This document shows, piece after piece, positions 39,401 through 45,400 of a stretch of 48,041 bases of DNA (its first letter is position 1; the number at the start of each line of letters is the position of its first letter). The position numbers were made by a program, and so were the translations under genes. A model generated the notes under the pieces. It saw only the letters and a list, made by a program, of their open reading frames with translations, was not told where the DNA came from and searched no databases. The DNA lies in assembly GCA_003344405.1 (NCBI GenBank), contig NOWV01000168.1, forward strand, positions 124,001-172,041. Direction: 5' to 3'. Origin of the DNA: Trichoplax sp. H2. Taxonomy: Eukaryota.

Positions 39401-42400
39401 ACTTTTTATTTCTTTCATGTACTTACAATCCATCTTTTCCATTTCGTTTTGATGCTGGTATTGGGTATTTTTCAACTCCACTTGATAATCATTTGCATTC
39501 TTTGTCATTAAACTTTCAATTTCTTGACATTGACGATTTAAATCGTGTACGGTGTTATCATAACTCTCTCGTAAATAAGTAATCTGATGCTGAAATTCAT
39601 CATGAATGCTTCGTATTTCTTGTTGATAACAATCCTTAATGGTTTGAATTTCATGTTTATTTTTTGACTGAATTTCCCCAATTGCTATTAGGTGTCGGTC
39701 ACGGATATCTTGTAATTCCGATTGATGCTCATGCATAAGAGTATTTACGGCATTTGTTGCCTTCAGATATTTATCTTCTAATTCACAAAGCTGGCGCTGA
39801 TAAGTTTCAGTTGTATGGGCTATTGTGCTTTGATGTTCATTTATGATATTTATTTCATTCTGGTATTCCATTCTGATATTTTGTAGTTCTATTCCATGCT
39901 CATTTCGGATCTGTAGGATCTCTTCTTCGTGTAAATTCTGGATATTTATTAACTTCCTATCACATTTTACAACTTCTTGCTCCTTTTCATTGTTAACCTT
40001 ATTACAATTAATAACGGCATCTCGTTCCTTTATATTATAACTTTCACTTGATACTTCCTGTTGATACTGATGATTAGAGCTGATTATTTGCAACTCATCT
40101 CCATGCCCATCTTCGGTATTTCGCATTGTACATTCATAATTTTCATGATGCTTACTTTGAATGCATTGCAATTCTAACTGGTGTTCATTTTGAATATCCT
40201 CTATCTTTTGTAGATGACTTGCTTTCATCCGAGCTAAGCTACTACGAAATTCTTGTTTCTCCAGCTCAGATTCATTCGCAATATTTGCTATCTGATAGCT
40301 ATATTTATCTTTTAAAACTTGCACCTCTTTACAATGTTTGCCCTGAATTTTTTGTAGTTCTTCTTGATGTGTATCATCAACACCTATCAGTTCCATCTGA
40401 TCGTCATTTCGTACATCTTGCAATTCTTCGGTATGAATAACAGCACAACCAGACCTATTATAATTATCATTATATTCTCCGATTAACTCTTGAATTTTTA
40501 ATTCATAATTTTCAATCATATCGGATGCTTGACGTTGAGATTCATCTCGAATCTGTTGAACCTCTGCCTTTTGTTCTCTTATTATTGATTCAATTTGTAA
40601 ATTATGTTCACGAGATAAGATGTCTATCTTCTGTACTGCCTCATCTCGAACGCGTTTTACATCCTTTTGATGGGCTTCCTCTATAACTGTTAATTTTCTT
40701 CGATAGTCCTCATCTTTTAATCGAAATTTATTTTGAAGGGATAATACTTCTTTGTCATGAGCTTCCTGTAATTGGCACAATCTTTCATCGAATATTCTCG
40801 CCTGATTGTCAATTTGTAGCTGGTGATTTTCTCTGGTTGTCGCCAATTTACCCTCATAATCTTTTTTTAAATAGTCTGATCGGTCGTCGTATGCCTTCTT
40901 CTGCTCCTCCAGCTGTAATTGATAACCATTGAAATTCATAATTTCTCTTCCCCGAGCTTCCTGTAATTTAATCGAATAACTGCTCAAAGTTGCTTCTGAC
41001 TCCTCCAATTGCTTCTGGTATTTACTTTCAACTGCAATTAGCTCTCGAGCATGATCAATATGTATTTGACCGATATTGTCTTCAAAGGCTGTTTTCTGTT
41101 CTTGTAATTGAGTTTTGTGGTTACTTTGACATACGGCCATTTCTTTATCATAAGCTTGATGAGAATGATCTAATTTAATTTTAAATGCCTTCTCTTGCGT
41201 ATCGAATTTTATCTGATATACAGAATGCAAATTTGCTATTTCCTCATTTTGAGTAAGTTGCAACTGATTTAGCTTAGCATTCATTTTATCCTCTAGCTCA
41301 TCCATTTTTAATTGGTAAAAACGTTGTGTTTCTACAATTTTTTCGTCTTTAGCTCGAAGTGTTTGACTTAAACCGTCTTCATATAATTTTTTTCGTTCTT
41401 TCAACTGCTGTTGATGATCATCGCGAATATTTTCAATTTCTCTTTCGTGGGATATTCGCAAATTATTTAAAATATTATGCAATTCCTTCTCCTGTTCCTG
41501 TAATTGCACCTTATGAAATCCTTTCAATATCTCCATTTCCTTTATTTGAGTTATTTTCAACTTATTTATTTCTTCTTCATAAACATTTTCTTGCATTTTC
41601 ATTTGCATACGATAAACGTCTCGAACTGTTGTTATGTCTAAAGAATGATTTCGACTTTGATCATTAATTCTTTCTATCAACGCTTCTCGTTGCCATTTTA
41701 GCATCTTTCGGTGGGTCTTAATTGTTTTAGCTAATTCTTCATCATGACTCCGGTGTTTTTTCTTTAATTTATTTTCATACGTAAACTGCAGTTGCACCAA
41801 TTGTAACTGTTGACTATTTTTAGCCGTAGCCATTTCTGCGCTATGTTCTTTCAGTAATCTATCTCGTTTAGTTTGGAAGTTCTTCTCCTGTTCCAGTATC
41901 CACTCTTGATAACTACGTTTAGCTGTTACCATATCTTCCGCGTGAACATAATCTATATGCTTTAATTTCTCTTCAAAAAATTTTTGTTTTTTCTCTAATT
42001 CTTTTTCATGTCTATCTTTAACAGAAACTATTTTCTTATCATAGTCAGCCTGTAATCGTTTAGATTTTTCATCGGAAACTTTCTTTTCATCGTCTAACAG
42101 GATTTGATAATCGTCTCGCAGTGCCGTAATTTTTTTGGTATAAACTTCATTAAAGTCTTTAATTTTATCTTCATACATTTTCTCTTGATTATTCAATTGC
42201 AGTTGGTAACTATCAGTAATCATCAACAATTGTTCGTCATAATCTTTCTTGCATTGATTTAAATCATCCTGGACTGCTTTCTTCCATTCTTCTTGAGCTA
42301 AAATCATGTCATTATCAAAATTTCGTTTTAGGTGCTTCAATGCATCCTCTGTTACTTTATCTTGGTTCTTTAGTTTTACTTCGTAATTTTTTTCGGCTAT

Positions 42401-45400
42401 AACCATTTTCTCCTCGTGCTCCTGTAATGATTGATTCAAACTATAAATTAATTTTTCTTTCTTCTCCAATTCTTTATGATTTTCCTCTTTAAGTGCTGCT
42501 ATTTCTTTCTTATGAACTTGAACAAAGTAATCCGATTTATCTTTAAACACTTCATCCTTCGTTTTAATCTGTACTTCATAATCATTTCTAGCCGTCAATA
42601 TTTCTTTATCATGACTTTGACGCAGTAGGGTTATAGTATCTTCATTCATCAGCTTTTGCTGCTGCAGTTGCATCTGATAATTATGTGAAAGTGACGCAAC
42701 TTCTTCGTCATGAGCTAATTTTAATTGCCCTAAGTTATCTTCAAACATCCTTTCTTCTTTTCTTAACTGTAAATGATACCTGTCCTTTATTTTTACTACC
42801 TCTAAATCATGAATTCGGCGCAAATCTAGTAAGTTTTCTTGATGCTCTGTTATCAGCTTTTCTTTTTCATTCTGATACTGTTGTGCTAATTGTGTATTAT
42901 GATTTTCCATTTGCAATTGTAGAACTGTCATTTGTTTCTTCAAACGTTGTTCAAATTGTGATTCGAGATCTATGATATTATTCTCGTGATGCTGTATCAT
43001 CTCTTGTTTGTCTGCCTGAAACTTGCTTTCTTGTTTTTTAATTTGTTCATTACATTTCGCTTTCAAGACCTCTAATTCTACAGCATGGTTATCTTTTAAA
43101 TGACTTAAATTGATTCGCAGTGCTTCTTGCTGACGTTGCACCTCATTCATATAATCAAGACGATTCTGGGTAACTTTATTTTCAATGACAATCAATTCAT
43201 TCTTGACTTTTTGAGCAAGGTCATCTATTTGGCGTTTTAATTCTTCTATCTTCAACCTTTGTTGATGGATTGTATTGGATAATGTTTGTTCATGCTGACA
43301 TTTTAGTTGATAGTCACTTTTGATCATATCTCTTTCCATAGCTAAGACATCTTTTTCATGTTGATGTTTTTCCTTTAGCTCATTCCATTCCTGTTGCTGT
43401 TTCATTCTTTCATCATTAATATTATTTTCCAGTAATCTGATAGTTTCATTATGCTTATGTTGTAATCGCAGTAATTCATTATCATGCTGTCTCTGGCTCG
43501 CTGCTAAGTTTTCGTTATATTCCTCTATTGCCTTTTGTATCTCAATTTTTTGATCTTTCTTGACAGTATCAAAATGAATGTGCAATTCCTGGACGATTAA
43601 CTCTTGCTTCAGTTGTAATTGATGGATCATACTTTTATGTTGATTACGACAGTCTATTAACTTATTTTCACTTTCACTTTTTAAATTTTCGAGCTCTTCT
43701 TTATGTTGCTCATTTAAATTATTTAATTGTTTGCAATGTGTTAATTTATTATTTTCAAGCTGCTCCTCAAAGCTTTTAACCGTCATATCGTGTTGAGCTT
43801 GCAATTGATGGATAAAATCTTCCTGCTGTTTCTTGTAGGTGTCTATTAAATTTTCTTTTTTATTATCTAATTCGTTAATTTCAATGCTATGCTTTTCTTT
43901 AAGATTTTTTAATTGTAATTGATGTGCTATCTGACACCTTTCCAGATCATCTTCTAACTGTTTGATCGAGTTGTTATGATGTGTTTGTAACTGTTGGATG
44001 ACATTATCGTATTTCTTTCTGCAAGATTCTAATGCTTTTTCTTGATCATCTAGTTTTACTTTATATTCGTCCTTAACTTCATTTAAGCGTTCAAGGTACA
44101 TCAATTTACTGACTTCAATATGATTTTTCATTTCTTCGATAGTGTTATCATGTTCCTGCCGCAGCTGATTGCTAACTTTATCAAGTTGTTCCTTATTTGT
44201 ATCGAGCAACCGTTTCTTTTCATGAATTAAGTTATCAATCTCTCTTTTATGCTCATTCTCGATGATACTAATTTGCTTCTGGTGTATTGCTTGATCAGTA
44301 TCAAGCCGATTAATCAACTTTTTAATATCTACGTCATGTTGTACTTTTAGTTCGTTGATAGCATCTAAATATTGCATCTTAATAGTGTCAATCTGTTGCT
44401 CTTTTTCAATAGTTATGCCATCGATCTTTGCTTTCTGTTCTTTCTTTAAGCTATTTAATCGTTCTTGATTAACAAATCTTTCAGTCTCAAGTTTATCAAC
44501 AAGTTGCCTAATGGCTAGATCATGCTGAGATTGCATTTGTTGGATATTGCAAGCATGTTGCTGCTTACAATATTGTAATTGCTTTTCATTCTCCAAAATT
44601 ACATCATTTAGTTCAGCTTTGTATTTCTTTTCCGTATCTTCTCTTAAATTTTGTATAGTTTTAACTTTCTTTACTATTTCATCATACTGCAATTGCTTTT
44701 TATAGATAATTTTCGTTGACTCCTCTCTACAAGCTTTTACTGCTTGTTCTTTTTCCATAGACAAGTTATCAATCTCACTTTTATGGTCATCCATAATCTG
44801 AGCAAATTTCTTTTGATGTATGACCTGATTCGCTTCCAATTCACGCATGGCATCCTCATGCTTTTTTCTGTGGATATCAACTAGCTTTTTCTTTTCATTA
44901 ATCAAGGTATTCAGTTTACTTTTATAATCGGCTTCTAGCTGATTGAATACACTTTGTTGAGCTAATTTTTCATTTTCAAAATTTTCTTGCAATATTTTCT
45001 TATCTAAATCATTCTCAGATTGCAATTGCGCCAGCTTGTCTTTATGCTGCTGTTCTAAAGCTACTATTGCTAATGCTTTATTCTGACGCAATTCTGATAT
45101 TTTTATCTCAGATTCTTTCTTCAAGCCATGGAGTTGATTTTGTAAAGTAGATATAATATCATCACGTTTCTGGATTTCTAGCTTATGCTGACATTGAAGC
45201 TGATAAATGCTATTATCGTGCTCCTTTTTGGATGTTTCTAGTACAAGTTTCTTTTCCACCAATAACTTATCAAGTCGACGTTTATTCTCATCTTTTAAGC
45301 TTTTAAGTTCATGTTGATGCTTAACCATTTTATCTTCAGTTTTATTTTTAAGACTGTTTATAACTTCATTGTGCTCTAGACGTAATTTGTTCATTCCAGT

